DNA of 63,529 nt, counting the filler, from Globobulimina sp. (Eukaryota): assembly GCA_003354225.1 (NCBI GenBank). It is 11 parts of 11 records of this genome, joined end to end, with 100 filler letters (N's around TTAATTAATTAA, not from the genome) between each part and the next. Parts side by side here need not be neighbours in the genome. Positions count along the whole stretch, not along the records: positions 1 to 5,704 come from PIVH01000463.1; positions 5,805 to 11,500 come from PIVH01000464.1; positions 11,601 to 17,292 come from PIVH01000465.1; 8 more parts are not named here. One strand, 5' to 3'. Made by a program: the position numbers and the translations under genes. Positions 1 through 12,575 of this stretch are shown in pieces (the first letter of the stretch is position 1; each line of letters begins with the position of its first letter). The notes beneath the pieces were generated by a model. It did no database searches and was not told where the DNA came from. It saw nothing but the letters and a program-made list of their open reading frames with translations.

Positions 1-120
1 AATATCCATAAAAAACTTTGCATTTTTGAGAATTGACACCAAAAAAATTCTAGATCGTAAAATGTGGGTCACCCATCGCCAAGGGGATTCGGCAAACGCT
101 TGTATGGGATATGCTCTTAA

Positions 121-1647
121 ATGAAACCTTCGTCGTTTACACAACGTTCAGTTTCTTTTCCGTTTATATCATATGCAATAATAATAATAAGGGTAATATT
201 TGCTCAGCAAGCGACACAATTTCGTGTTGAAAATAATCGTATATTGGACTCATCAAATCGTGAATGTTTTTTTCATGGTTTAAATGTGATATATAAGTCA
301 CCGCCTTATTTCCCAATAACTGATCATTTTGATGCAAATCTGTCATTTAGCGATGAAGACATGCAATTACTAAATTCGTTGGGTCAAAATGTTATTCGTT
401 TAGGTGTAGAATGGCCGGGTGTCGCTCCGACAAAAGATTCTATCAATACAACATATATCAATAATGCAGCAACGCTTATTTCCAGCGCCTACACAAAATA
501 TAATATTACAACATTAGTTGATTGTCATCAAGACACCATATCGCAAGCAATGTGTGGAGAAGGTACACCGCTTTGGGCGACGCAGCCAGAAAGTTGGAAT
601 TTCCCCCAACCAGTGACACAACCATATAACACGGATAATAGCCATATTCCATCAAAAAGGGATTGTGATCGATATGCCTGGTATGAATATTTAAAAAGTT
701 ATGCGACCTCTACGCAGTTTCAACGAATGTATACCAATTATAATAATCTTCGAGATGCGTTTGCCGATTATTGGGGACTCTTAGCCTCGCATTTTAAAAA
801 TGTTCCTGGTATTATCGGCTTTGACTTATTAAACGAGCCATGGCCCGGCGATATTTATAACCATTCAACTTTAGTCAATCCCGGTGTTGCGGATAAACAA
901 AATCTAGAACCATTTTATGACGCGATTGCAGAGAAAATATATGGTAATGACAGTGGAAGAATGATATTTTTCGAATCGGCATGGTATAATTTGAATGCTG
1001 TGACATTAGAAGTTGGTTTTAATGCTGTACCTGGAGGTTCTAAATATAGCAATCAAAGTGTATTATCCTTTCATTATTATGATCCGCCATGTACTGGTAA
1101 TGCGACACAGTATTTTTATAATCGATCCTCTGATGCAGTATCGTTGAATGCTACTAGTTTCTTGACAGAATTTGGGATCGGTGGAAGTATGCAAGCAATG
1201 TCCAGCACAATGGATCACTGTGATGAATATTTACAATCATGGATAGGATGGGAATATAAACCATATGCCGGTTCATTGCCGGATGGGACATGTACCGGAT
1301 GCGGATATGGCGTGTTTCGGAAAAATGGTGATATGAATCAAGTTGTAGTAAAAGCAATTAGTCGGACCTATGTCCAAAAAGTGGCTGGAAACACAAAATC
1401 AGTTAATTTTGATTGGGAAAATAATGGTAAATTTACATTAGTTTATGAGATTAATACAGATATTGTTGAACCAACGCTAATATATATAAGTTTAGAATAT
1501 TGGTATCCGAATGGTTATGATGTACAAATATCGCCAAATGGGGTTGTTAGGGATACAAAGGCCTATGGTAATTTTTTTGAGATTTATAATTCGAGAGATA
1601 ATACATTTAATGGACAAACTGTGACTGTCGTAATTCAACCAAAGTGA
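121..1647 (+). CDS. Glycoside hydrolase family 5, endoglycoceramidase-like, secreted
   Basis: Hydrophobic N-terminus; FHGLNVIYK, NVIRLG, VDCHQD, GFDLLNEP (acid/base Glu), LSFHYY and FLTEFG (nucleophile Glu); C-terminal beta-sandwich (SRTYVQKVAG...YWYPNG) typical of EGCase-type GH5. Confidence 0.9.
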   Translation: MKPSSFTQRSVSFPFISYAIIIIRVIFAQQATQFRVENNRILDSSNRECFFHGLNVIYKSPPYFPITDHFDANLSFSDEDMQLLNSLGQNVIRLGVEWPGVAPTKDSINTTYINNAATLISSAYTKYNITTLVDCHQDTISQAMCGEGTPLWATQPESWNFPQPVTQPYNTDNSHIPSKRDCDRYAWYEYLKSYATSTQFQRMYTNYNNLRDAFADYWGLLASHFKNVPGIIGFDLLNEPWPGDIYNHSTLVNPGVADKQNLEPFYDAIAEKIYGNDSGRMIFFESAWYNLNAVTLEVGFNAVPGGSKYSNQSVLSFHYYDPPCTGNATQYFYNRSSDAVSLNATSFLTEFGIGGSMQAMSSTMDHCDEYLQSWIGWEYKPYAGSLPDGTCTGCGYGVFRKNGDMNQVVVKAISRTYVQKVAGNTKSVNFDWENNGKFTLVYEINTDIVEPTLIYISLEYWYPNGYDVQISPNGVVRDTKAYGNFFEIYNSRDNTFNGQTVTVVIQPK

Positions 1648-2294
1648 GTTTCATTTGTAAATAAATAATTTTACTCTTTAAATTTATTGTGGTGAGCGAT
1701 CAACTCCAATTAAAATCAGCTCAATAGTTGTGACTGCAGTGTTTGAATACAAAAGTGTCACATGCGCCGCCCAGAAGTGCTAACCTAAAAAAATCAATTA
1801 TTTATAATATATTAAATTTAATCGAATCATCATCATTTTTTGATATGGAGAGAGAAAGCGAGCGAGCGATGCAAAGAGAGCGACTGGAAGTTTTTTTGTT
1901 TGATGTTAAAAGATAGTTTTTGGCTGCGAACCTTGACGGATTTAATTTTTTGCAAATCAAAATTGAAACTAAAATCGTTGAAATAAACACAGACACATAT
2001 TAGATACCGAAACAATATCATAATCGCAATGAAACAGACAAAAAAATAAACAAAAACGTGTAATCCGTAAAAAATGCATATAAAAATTGCCAAAAGTAGC
2101 AAAAAAAAGCATTACAAAATAATATCGCTTCAGAGACAACAAAATCAATTATTTATTTCTAATATATTAAATTTAAAAAAAAATATATAAAGTGAACACA
2201 ATCCACATTTCACAAAAAAATTATTGTACACGCAAAAGCGAATCGGTTACTAATTTTATTTTATTTTATATACTAATTGTTTAAAATCGATCAT

Positions 2295-3182
2295 TTAATT
2301 TGCATTTATTGCTTGAGCTTCTGTATCCGAGTCATATTGAACCGTTTTATAACCTCTCTTTTTGCGCGTAATTGTGAAACTGGTAAAATTCAATAATAAT
2401 GACACCGCCAACACAATGGCAATAAGGAAAAGCCACGGATATTCCACCACAATCACACTGCTACTCCGACATCTACAACGCCATGAACCTCGATCAGTGT
2501 TGGCGACACACACATTTTCCTCGCCGTCGCCACAGCCAATCGCCACTCGCATGCTATGATCACTGCATTCATAGCAAACCTCACCATTCCCGGCAAAACC
2601 AGCTCGACATTCACAATGAAAGCCATCTGCTTCATCTGTGCAATCTGCGTTTGCATCGCAATTATCTGTGTCCGCAGTACACTCATCTATAGATATTATA
2701 TTATATTATATTATATATATAACACGTCATCAATATATATATACATATATACATATATACAGTACCATACCAAATAGACAATTTGCATTAATCGGAGCTT
2801 TGTTGCATACGAAATATCTGAGGTGAGAGGAAGGTAAATCATTCCAGAAATTATATGCACCCGCAATTATTTCAATGGAACAGCAATCGCCACTGATTAC
2901 TTTATTTCCAGGCCAAACATTGACAGAGCCGTCGTCAAATGTATCTCGTCCCCACACGGCACCGATATACGCTCTGTCGTTGGGAGACGCATTAATTAAT
3001 GCCTTGATTTCATCTTCTTGTGCGATACAATGAACGCTTGCTAATGAGGTCCCATACGTATCGAGACAATATGTTGCGGCGTCGTCCCTGGTTTTCTCTA
3101 ATTCTACGAGATAATAATTGTCACTGTCAAGCCCATTGCTAATTATTGCGAAAAATGATAATACACAGAACGGAGCTATCAT
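2295..3182 (-). CDS. Type I membrane protein: signal peptide, C-type lectin-like domain, Ca-binding EGF domain, TM helix (one intron 2687-2770)
   Basis: Exon 1: AATYC..YGTSLASVH...AYIG...WND...YFVC. Splicing GTATGG...ATAG gives DECTADTDNCDANADCTDEADGFHCECRAGFAGNGEVC (EGF_CA), in frame with the TM segment WLFLIAIVLAVSLLLNF and a basic tail. Confidence 0.85.
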
Positions 3183-3312
3183 CGTTTTAACGAGGTTTCA
3201 ATTCAAAAAAATCTAGAACTGATCGACAGTGTTGCGAGTAAAGTTGAGAGTACAGTTGCGTTTTCCGAAAAAACTTTGTGATGCGCTATAGTTTCCCTGG
3301 TACATTTTCACA

Positions 3313-5704
3313 ATGAGTGCCACTAACTGGCAATGCGTTCATTGCACCTTGTTGAACAATCCAAGTGCATTTAGATGTATTGTTTGCGATAAAAGACGAC
3401 CACGAAATTGCGGAACTCATTGTGATACAAAAAAAACACAAAATGAAGATAATGACATTCAAGATCATGAAGAGTCATTCTCATTGGGTCACAATGATAA
3501 TAACAATAATGAAACTGGCACAGTGTCACAATCAGCAAATGAGCGCAATGAGGGCAATAAACAAGAAATTGCTGAGGAACCAGAATATGAGTCATCCTCA
3601 TTCACGGACAGTGGCAGTGACAGTCACGGTGACAGTGACAGTGATGAAACTGATATAGAATCGCAATCGCAATCGGAAAATGCTGGAGATGTTAGCGAGA
3701 AACAAAAAAAACGCATTATTGCGGATGACAGTGATAGTTCCGGCTCAGAGTCAGATGAAGCTGGAAATTATAAATCTGCTCCAAAAATGGAAGAAAAAGA
3801 AAATAAAATTATGCCAGCACAAAAAAGCAAGAAAAGGCGAAAAAGAAATGAATATTCAAAAATCGTTATACGTCGAAAGAATGAGCATCTTCAAATTTGG
3901 TTGAAAATATCTCATTTACTGCCTGGTTTAGATATACATTCATTGCAATCGCAGAGAGATTCCATAGTTAGCATATTTGGAACGGATAAAGAGATTTTAT
4001 TGTTTTTAGTCGAACATTGTAATGAAAAACAAATCACGCGCTTGGATGGTATTGTTCAGCAAAAAGAAATCTATAAAATAAGATATATATACAATCAAAG
4101 TGGCTCATTTGTAGAAAAAGAAAAAACAAATAGTAATTATAATAAATTAACATTTGGTAAGCTTTTCCGACACCAATCAGTATTACATCATATTTGTGGC
4201 TATTTAAAACGGGAAAACATAAAATATTTTAAACCATGTTCAGCTCACATTGCATTAGTTGGTTTGAGGGAAATGCAGAAATATTCAATCGATGTTTGTA
4301 ATATTAATGATATTTTAGTAAACGAGCAAAGTGATGATATTTATAAAGACATTGTGACAAATAATGATAAATATATTGGTTCTCACCGGTTTGTTTCAAG
4401 CAGATATTATCCAAACACTAGATATTATTCGTTGTATAGCGAATGGTCCAAACAATACAATATTCCAATCCAAAATATGTTAGTTTATAAGACGGGTTAT
4501 CCGCCGCAACCGTGTAGTTTCAATGAGCAAAAATATAATTTCATAGTTGCCAAACAAGAATTTATCATCTTTGATAAGCGAAAAATGGTCAAAATTACAG
4601 AGAGAGGTTCAAAATTATTAAGCGAAACATATATTGTTAACCAGCAGAGCAAAATTATTATTTTGAAACATTTTGATATCCAACGGCAAAAATCATACAA
4701 CGTTCAATGTCTTTTATTTGACAGATTGGCTCTGAGCCGGTGCACAATGCAAAGGATCACAAGTTACATTGAAAATGAATTTTTGTGGTTGGATGCTAAA
4801 TGGTGTAATTTTTTGAAGGACATTAAGCAGCCTTTAATATCCATTTATAATCGATGGTACAGAATATTTGTAGACGCTGCAGATGATAAAAAAATCAATG
4901 ATGCAATTAGTCAGACCATCAATTTTATTACTTTCCAGGTTGTGGATATCAATGGCATTGTTAATGAAACTGAAGCATTTAAACATTATTCGACATTTAA
5001 CAATGTATATACTGAAAAACGAAGAGAAGATTCACCAACGCCAAAGTCAAGAATACTTGCACGAACATCTTATAATTATAAATTAAATAACTTTGTAACT
5101 ATAACCCGATGCAATTTGCATACTCAGAGATGGATTAAAATGCGTCATTTAATTAATAAATTGGACAGTCGACAATTAAATATTTATAAAAATTATATTT
5201 TTAAAAAATTCTTCAGCAACCATACTAAGCGAATAATACGTTTTTATGTTCAATATGCATCAAAAGAAAAATTGTATAAAATCTATGACATAATTAAAGA
5301 CATAGAACCACAAAATGCTAATGTGACAAAAACAAGCAAGAAAAAAAAGAAAAAGAAAAAAAAGCAGTTTGTATCATTTGATAATTTATTACCATTTACA
5401 ACAATTCATCATATTTGCGGTTATTTGCGTCGAAGTGATGCAAATATTTTTAAGTTAGTATCATATTCCATATCCATCGTATGTTTGGAAGCAATGCAAA
5501 AGATATTCGTAGGGATATGTAATACCAATGAAATTGTCAAAGAAATCGACAGAAATTCATCGGGTTGGCGAGATTTGATGAAATATCATCGTCATCATTG
5601 CAAAAAACAATATTTTGCATTATTCAGTGAGTGGGAACATCATTTTAACATTGCTGAGAAATATCAATTAATTTATGACTTTCATGACAACGCTGCGTGG
5701 AAAA
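3313..5704 (+). CDS. RanBP2-type zinc finger protein with an acidic region and two F-box-like repeats (3' truncated by contig end)
   Basis: WQCVHCTLLNNPSAFRCIVC matches W-x-C-x2-C-x3-N-x6-C-x2-C; repeated unit LHHICGYLKR...CNIND / IHHICGYLRR...CNTNE. Confidence 0.7.
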
Positions 5705-5804
5705 NNNNNNNNNNNNNNNNNNNNNNNNNNNNNNNNNNNNNNNNNNNNTTAATTAATTAANNNNNNNNNNNNNNNNNNNNNNNNNNNNNNNNNNNNNNNN
5801 NNNN
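5705..5804. other. Artificial contig linker N44-TTAATTAATTAA-N44
   Basis: Identical 100-bp spacer with stops in all six frames; recurs 10 times. Confidence 0.99.
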
Positions 5805-5948
5805 TTTTGTTAATATAAATAATAGTATATGTACATTGAATAACTGCTTGGTTTCAATGTTCCAGCAAAACAAGTTCATTCTGTCAGAAGAATGGAATCA
5901 ATGATTCAAGGTTTCAATGTTTGTAGTTCCGACAAAATCCGATTATGT

Positions 5949-5988
5949 TTCTGAACCTCTACTTCTGAACCTCTACTTCTGAACCTCT
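5949..5988. repeat. 14-bp tandem repeat (TTCTGAACCTCTAC) x ~3
   Basis: Read directly. Confidence 0.85.
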
Positions 5989-6353
5989 CAACTGCTGACT
6001 TTAGTGCATTTCTTTCATTATTATTTTTGATTTTATTTGGTTTTGCATTATTTTCATATTTTGCATCGATCATATCTTATACACAAAAGGCCGCGAAACT
6101 ACTGGTGCAGTGTGCATGAGAATTTGGTACATTTAGTTTTAGTTTGTGGGAAGTACAGTAAACAGCGAATGAAAATTACAGAGGAATTAGAATTATTACT
6201 TATAAGTTATTACATAGTTTGTACATAAGAAACCTATGGTTTTTTTTTTAATATATATATAATTGTTTTGGTGGTGAGGACTTCTAGAGACCTATGGTAC
6301 AAGCATCAGAAATATCGACAAAAATGTATTATCCTCAAGTTCCATCTTTCACA

Positions 6354-8945
6354 TCAATCACATGTGTTGTTCGTATCATTAGTTTTCCCTTCGTCCATCT
6401 CCATAAAATTCAGACCAGAAATAGGTCCGTTACGGAACAGCACACCGTCTTCTTCTTGATTCAGTACTTGGTTCAACATTTCAGTGTATTTCTCCATATT
6501 TCTCCGATGAAGTCGTATCAGTGTCATTCTCATTTTATACTCCTTTACCTTGTCACCATTCTCCGCAAATGTTAACAATCGCTTCAAATAGTGCTTTGCA
6601 TCATGCTTTATTATCGAAAATGCACTGCCTTTGCCATTACCACGCGCTGTCCGGCCCACTCTATGAACATAGGTTTCTACATTCCGCGGCAACTCATAAT
6701 TAATCACACAATCCAACGACGGCAAATCCAATCCACGCGACATTACATCCGAACATACTAAACTGTATATATACAATCCCATATTCACAACTACGCAAAT
6801 AAAACACAAACACAATGTAGCCAAACAACAAAAAAGTACATCAGATTGGTTTAAAGTGCGCCACATAAAAAGGCCACTTCTCATCAATAAACATTCTGCG
6901 CAGATCTTGGTTTATGAATCATCAAAATACAAAAACACATAAAACGCAACATACAAATTAGTTTTTCCGCCTCTAAATTCTCTCAAAATACCCCGTCTGT
7001 GGCCATCGGATATCAGTCTGGAAAACTCCGCAATTCGCAACGTCCGTTGATGGCACACATTCAATGCAATTTGCACAATGCGTTTCAATCTGTGTGCAAT
7101 TTCGACCGTGGCACAGAAACATACGGCGCTTTTTCCCTCCGCCCACAACTCATCAATCAGTGCTATTATGTTCAGCAATCGTTGCGGCGCCAAACAAGCA
7201 ATGTAGAATTGGCGAATGGAGGAGGGAATGAGGTATTTTTTGTCGGTGGACGAGCCAAAATATAGCGGATTATTTAGTTTCAACGAGGATATAACCTTTG
7301 GATTATGCGTCAACGTGGCGGATAATAATATTTTTAATAAATACGGCCTGATCAGATGTGAGGATATCGACTGTCGCGCTGATAGACACATTTTGTTGTT
7401 ATAGGTCTTCAGTTTCGGTGTCTCGTGTTTTAGTTTAGATTTTTGAATCATTTCTTGAGAATCTATCATATGATACACACGAAATAGCCAATCCTGATAT
7501 AGGCCCTCTACCAATAAGCGATCCGCTTCATCAAACACCAGAAATTGGAGGTTTTTCAGGTTGAATCCGGCCGTATGGTTCAAATGATCGACCAGACGGC
7601 CCGGCGAACATATTAACACATCGATTATGGTGCGATCCAGACCCATGTCCATGTCCACATTGTTAGTGTTGACAATAACGGCTTGTTCTGCTTTTAATGA
7701 TCTCTGTCCAGCGGATAAACCAACTTTGAGTCCAACGCATTTAGCGAATTTCTCAAAGACTAAAAATAACTGCACGGCTAAATCACGCGATGGTGCTACT
7801 ACTAAGGCACGTAAATGATGCGAGGTTTCGCTTAGTTCCTTGCATAATATCTGTATAAAAAACATTAATCAGCAAATATTATTCTGTTTTTATCAATGAT
7901 ATATATAATTTACATACGTGGCAAATGGGCAAAACGTACGCTAAAGTTTTGCCAGAGCCCGTTGGTGCACACACTGCGATATCTCGTTTTTGTATAATGC
8001 CACGAACCACGGCGGGAATAACATTGATTTGTACAGGGAAATAAGACTCATATCCTTCGCTTTTTAATGCATTAATTAAGCGAGGATCTAATCGCAATGT
8101 ATCCAATACATTTTCATTTATGTTCTTGGGACAGATGTCGGATATGATTTTGTTGCCTTTTTGCATCCAAATGGGTTTCGGCATTAATGTTTCTGCGGGA
8201 TTCACTATTTCGGGCAGTTTAATTTCAGGGAACACGGTTATATCATAAATAGGATGATAGTTTTTCTTTTTATCTGGTTTTTTGTCTGTTTTTCTATCCT
8301 GTTTTATGTCATTTTCTTTCTGTTCAATCACATTGTCGACTGTCTCGGGGATGGGGAGGGAGTGACTATTGATAGTTTGTTGGGCGATGTTCTCCTCAAT
8401 GCATAATTCAATGTTTTTATTATTTGAATCCTGTTTAAATATAAAAAAAAACGTTTTAATTATTTGTCAGTTGAGCAAATTATCTCAAAATTGTGTGTTT
8501 GATTTGAGAATTTATAATCAGAGAGTTTATTTGTTTCAACATTTATACTTTTTTCAGCAGAACAAAGGTTGGATAGAAATTTGTGTTTCATCAGTCAATG
8601 AGTTTTTTGTTTGTTTGAACATACATTAAGAGATAATTTAATTTTTTTATGTGGTGGGGAGTGAATAGATGTTGATTGCAATGGGTTGCGAGTGCTCAGT
8701 TTACGTTTAATAGATTTTCTCTCATTCTCATTCTGTATAAAATTGTATGATGCATAATTCATAAAACAATGCATTGATATATAGCATACATTTATATTTC
8801 CATTTTCATTTTTATGTTCATTATTATTTGTTTCAGTATGTTTTAGTGTTTCTAAATATTTATTTAATCGAGATTCCCCAGATTTGGATTGTTTTACTTC
8901 TTTTAAACCAAATCTACGAATACCAAGAGAGTCTGTTTGTGACAT
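6354..8945 (-). CDS. DDX51: DEAD-box RNA helicase, DDX51/Dbp6-like (multi-exon)
   Basis: Q motif [62 protein letters not shown] spread over ORFs 7879-8331, 6912-7865 and 6354-6887, joined by GT-AG introns. Confidence 0.88.
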
Positions 8946-9041
8946 TGATAAAGGTTGAGTTTGTTTAAGAAAGTTTTTGTGTTTATATATATCTATCTGT
9001 AATGGTCGACGAGTAACTAATTACTAATTAAAATAGAAACA

Positions 9042-10088
9042 ATGTCTTCAAACAAAGCCAATAACAATCTCTCAAGATTTGCATTATTTGGAGTGTGTGC
9101 TGTTTTAGGATACACTTATTTTTGTAAGAAATATAAACCATTTATTAAAACCTCTTCGAATAAACCAGCCAATGCAATACAATTAGATACACAAAATGTT
9201 GTACTGCCAAAAGAAATTGATGCATATTTCTCTGTGGCAATGGCAGCAGCCTTGGCAGCCGGTGATACGATTAAAAAATTCATAAACGACAAACAAAGCA
9301 AATCAAAAGCAATGGTCACAAAATCTACGCACGCCGACATTGCCACTCAAATTGATAAACAATGTGAAAGTATAATTTTATCAAAGATATGTTCAGCATT
9401 CCCTTCTCATAAAATAATTGCTGAAGAATCGTGCAAAGATCCAAATGCGCATAATATTACAAATGAGGTGACATGGTTTGTCGATCCGATTGATGGAACA
9501 ACCAACTTTTTCCATGGAATGCCCATTGTTGCGGTCTCCATTGGTTTGCGAATCAATAAAATACCAATTCTTGGTATAGTTCATTGTCCTGTTTTGGAGG
9601 AAACTTTTCATGCCATTTTATCGCGTGGCTCATTTATGATCAATCATAAAACAAATAAAACCATAAAATTGCAAACAAATCCAATGAAATTTGAGGACAA
9701 AGCGGCGATAAAAAGTGCATTGATATTAAGTGAGTTAGGATATGACCGCACACACAAATGGGTGGAATGTATAAATCGAAGAATGTATGACTTATTGTAT
9801 GGAGAAAAGGTGAGAGCAATAAGAATGTTGGGCTGTTGCACCATAAATATGTGTTGGGTGGCCATGGGGAGAGCAGATATATTTTTTGAAGGTCGAAATT
9901 TTAAATCTGGTCCTAAACCATGGGACTATACAGCTGCGGAAATCATTGTATATGAAGCTGGTGGGATAACTTGTGATCCTGAAGGCAAAATATTTGACTG
10001 TACACAAGGCCGAGTTTTATGTTGTAATAATATTGACACCGCCAAGTATATCATTGATATGGCATTGTATAGACCCAATGACCGATAA
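9042..10088 (+). CDS. Inositol monophosphatase family protein with N-terminal hydrophobic segment
   Basis: IAEES, WFVDPIDGTTNF, PWDYTAAEIIVYEAGG. Confidence 0.93.
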   Translation: MSSNKANNNLSRFALFGVCAVLGYTYFCKKYKPFIKTSSNKPANAIQLDTQNVVLPKEIDAYFSVAMAAALAAGDTIKKFINDKQSKSKAMVTKSTHADIATQIDKQCESIILSKICSAFPSHKIIAEESCKDPNAHNITNEVTWFVDPIDGTTNFFHGMPIVAVSIGLRINKIPILGIVHCPVLEETFHAILSRGSFMINHKTNKTIKLQTNPMKFEDKAAIKSALILSELGYDRTHKWVECINRRMYDLLYGEKVRAIRMLGCCTINMCWVAMGRADIFFEGRNFKSGPKPWDYTAAEIIVYEAGGITCDPEGKIFDCTQGRVLCCNNIDTAKYIIDMALYRPNDR

Positions 10089-10240
10089 TTTTAAAACAGC
10101 CTTAAATAAGTCATACTTTAGCGCGTTTTCGTGTCACTGACAACTCTTTGCATGGTGTTTTAATTCGATCGAACCGTGTTTTGTTCGCGATCGCAATATA
10201 CACCATAGCAGCAGCAAATTAATGTAAATTATTTTAAATA

Positions 10241-11346
10241 ATGTCTCAACATTTTAAATCTAACACAGATTTATCCAACAATTCAAATTTTGATGATGCG
10301 ATTGGAATCATTCATGATTTATCCCATCAAGAATCCAATGCAACGGATGAATCCTCAACCAATTCAAATGCTGTATTGTTACCAATTAAAATGCTGCAAC
10401 GGATGGGTCTAAACCAGTTACAATCATCGCCTTTACAACAACTTGACTTTGTTAATCCAAATATAAATGCCCCTAAATTAGTAATACCCTCCAAAGTGCA
10501 GTTACCGCCTGACATCACGCCTGGAAATATGGATGAAAAACGCAGCAACAATAATTATAACATATACACAAAAACGAAAACGATAGTAACTACAAACCAG
10601 CCTCGCAATTATCATTAGACGAGGACGATGAGAATGAGATCCCGCATCCAATTCCAATCACACCCAACACCGATTTATCATATAATTTCCAACTGCCACA
10701 AGGCATATCACCCAAAACGTTCACACAGACAGATATTGCCAATATAGCTGAAATAAATCAATTTATCCCGCAATTCTGGCAATGTTTTCAAGATTTAGCC
10801 ACCAATGTAAAGTCTATGCAACTGCAATTTTCCAAATTAAATGGCAATAAATCACTTCATAGTTCGTCACAGTCGTCGACCCATTCCAGTGCAAATTCAT
10901 TGCGCACACAAACATCCATTGCGTCGTCGTATAATAATACATTGAATTCGCTACAATCGCAAGGCATTCATAGTCATGGCGTCATATATTCAAACAGTAC
11001 CAATGACTCATACAATGCACAGCGCAGAGATAATGCGCCGGGCACTGGTATCAATACACGTGGTCGCGGCAATAAAAACGAGACATCATCATTACGAAGG
11101 AACAGGAAGTTATTACCTGTAAATAGCAAAAGTAAGGTAAAAAAACAGCATTTGTTAGGCGCACAGCGGCAATCTATTACATATAATAATTACTCACAAT
11201 ATCGACGTAAATCTATCGGTCCCGGCAGCAAATTCGCCACCTCTCCGAAATCAAGGAATGGCTCAATTTCACCCTTTTCATCCTCGCCAAAAGCTGCATT
11301 AACTGCGGACAGTTTGGAATTGTTACAAATCTCACAAGTTCTGTAA
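10241..11346 (+). CDS. Low-complexity Ser/Asn-rich hypothetical protein split by an apparent frameshift at about 10561-10618
   Basis: First frame stops at 10618; second frame is open from 10561 to 11346 with similar composition. Confidence 0.45.
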
Positions 11347-11500
11347 ATATATTCAGATCGACCAAAAACGTTTTTTTTTTAATTTATACTACGCATAACA
11401 GCGTCATGCAAGTAAAAAAATGGCAGAAAACAGCGGGAAAAACGTGAATCGACGACAGCGAAATCGCAGCAAATCATTCGTAGCCTCCAAACACAAAGAA

Positions 11501-11600
11501 NNNNNNNNNNNNNNNNNNNNNNNNNNNNNNNNNNNNNNNNNNNNTTAATTAATTAANNNNNNNNNNNNNNNNNNNNNNNNNNNNNNNNNNNNNNNNNNNN
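11501..11600. other. Artificial contig linker
   Basis: N44-TTAATTAATTAA-N44. Confidence 0.99.
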
Positions 11601-11760
11601 TAATTTTTGGGTGTTTTTTCTTCGTGTTTTGCGTGAACGTCAGTCAAACATTTATAATATAACACGTCATTAAGTTTGAATATGTTTGTGTTCGGTGGTG
11701 ACGGTGCGTTCTGTGACAAAAAACACATTTTGTTAATTATCCTGGCACTGCATAGAGATA

Positions 11761-12411
11761 CTAAACTTTGTATTGTTTTGTATGGATTAATTGGTCAAAG
11801 GATAAATATATTGTTTGTGGGAATTGATTTTTATTTTTAGTAAATACTCGTTGACATTGATAACTGTTTGCTTTTTTATTTATGTTTGTGATTTTATATA
11901 TTAATAAGCCATTTTTATCATTCATAACAAAGGTATAACCAATTCTAAATTGTATGTTATATCTATTTCGTAAGACATTACGTTCAAATGATTTAAATCT
12001 CTGTTTATAAGAATTGATAAATTCAATTTGCTCAAAATTACCAAATACATTTTGTGGCGAAGTTAATGAGTTTAAAAATGAAATGGGCACATATTGGATA
12101 TTGTGGTTGTCCTTGTCATGAATGAGAGATTTGATTTGTTTCAAGGAAATTGGAGTTTTATCACAAATTTTCGCGTGACTTCTGAATGATGTCAATTCAT
12201 GTAATTTGCCTGCAATATAAGAATTGTATTGTTTTAAATTCAATGAGCCAGAATTTGCACCGTAAAAACGATTTGCATCAACATGTAATATCTTTTTGCC
12301 TGCCCGAGACAGTGCACATGATAATATTGACTCTACGATTCCTGTTCCCGCGAGAATTACTTCAAACTCTGTTTGACCGTCTTTTTCTTCTAAAATGATC
12401 CGTCTGTCCAT
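11761..12411 (-). CDS. Rab escort protein / GDI family, N-terminal part (probably continues via an intron beyond the contig)
   Basis: EFEVILAGTGIVESILSCALSRAGKKILHVDANRFYG is the GDI/REP N-terminal signature; the long insert after it favours REP. Confidence 0.8.
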   Translation of the reverse strand: MDRRIILEEKDGQTEFEVILAGTGIVESILSCALSRAGKKILHVDANRFYGANSGSLNLKQYNSYIAGKLHELTSFRSHAKICDKTPISLKQIKSLIHDKDNHNIQYVPISFLNSLTSPQNVFGNFEQIEFINSYKQRFKSFERNVLRNRYNIQFRIGYTFVMNDKNGLLIYKITNINKKANSYQCQRVFTKNKNQFPQTIYLSFDQLIHTKQYKV

Positions 12412-12575
12412 GTTCGGCTTTTCTTATAAAAAACTGTGAGTAGACTGCATACACAGCTAGGCAGTATGTCGGGATTCGTTACGGATCCAAGACTATGCAC
12501 AAGATCGAATCCAAAACGGATGAATATACATTTTACCCCACACAAAAAGAATTTTTTTATAATATATTTGGTCAT

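Noticed and set aside
1802-2102. Short hydrophobic minus-strand ORFs (also 32882-33112)
   Set aside because: Products of T-rich intergenic sequence with non-ATG starts
5749-5760. Recurring TTAATTAATTAA palindrome at about 5.8-kb spacing
   Set aside because: Artificial six-frame-stop linker flanked by N runs
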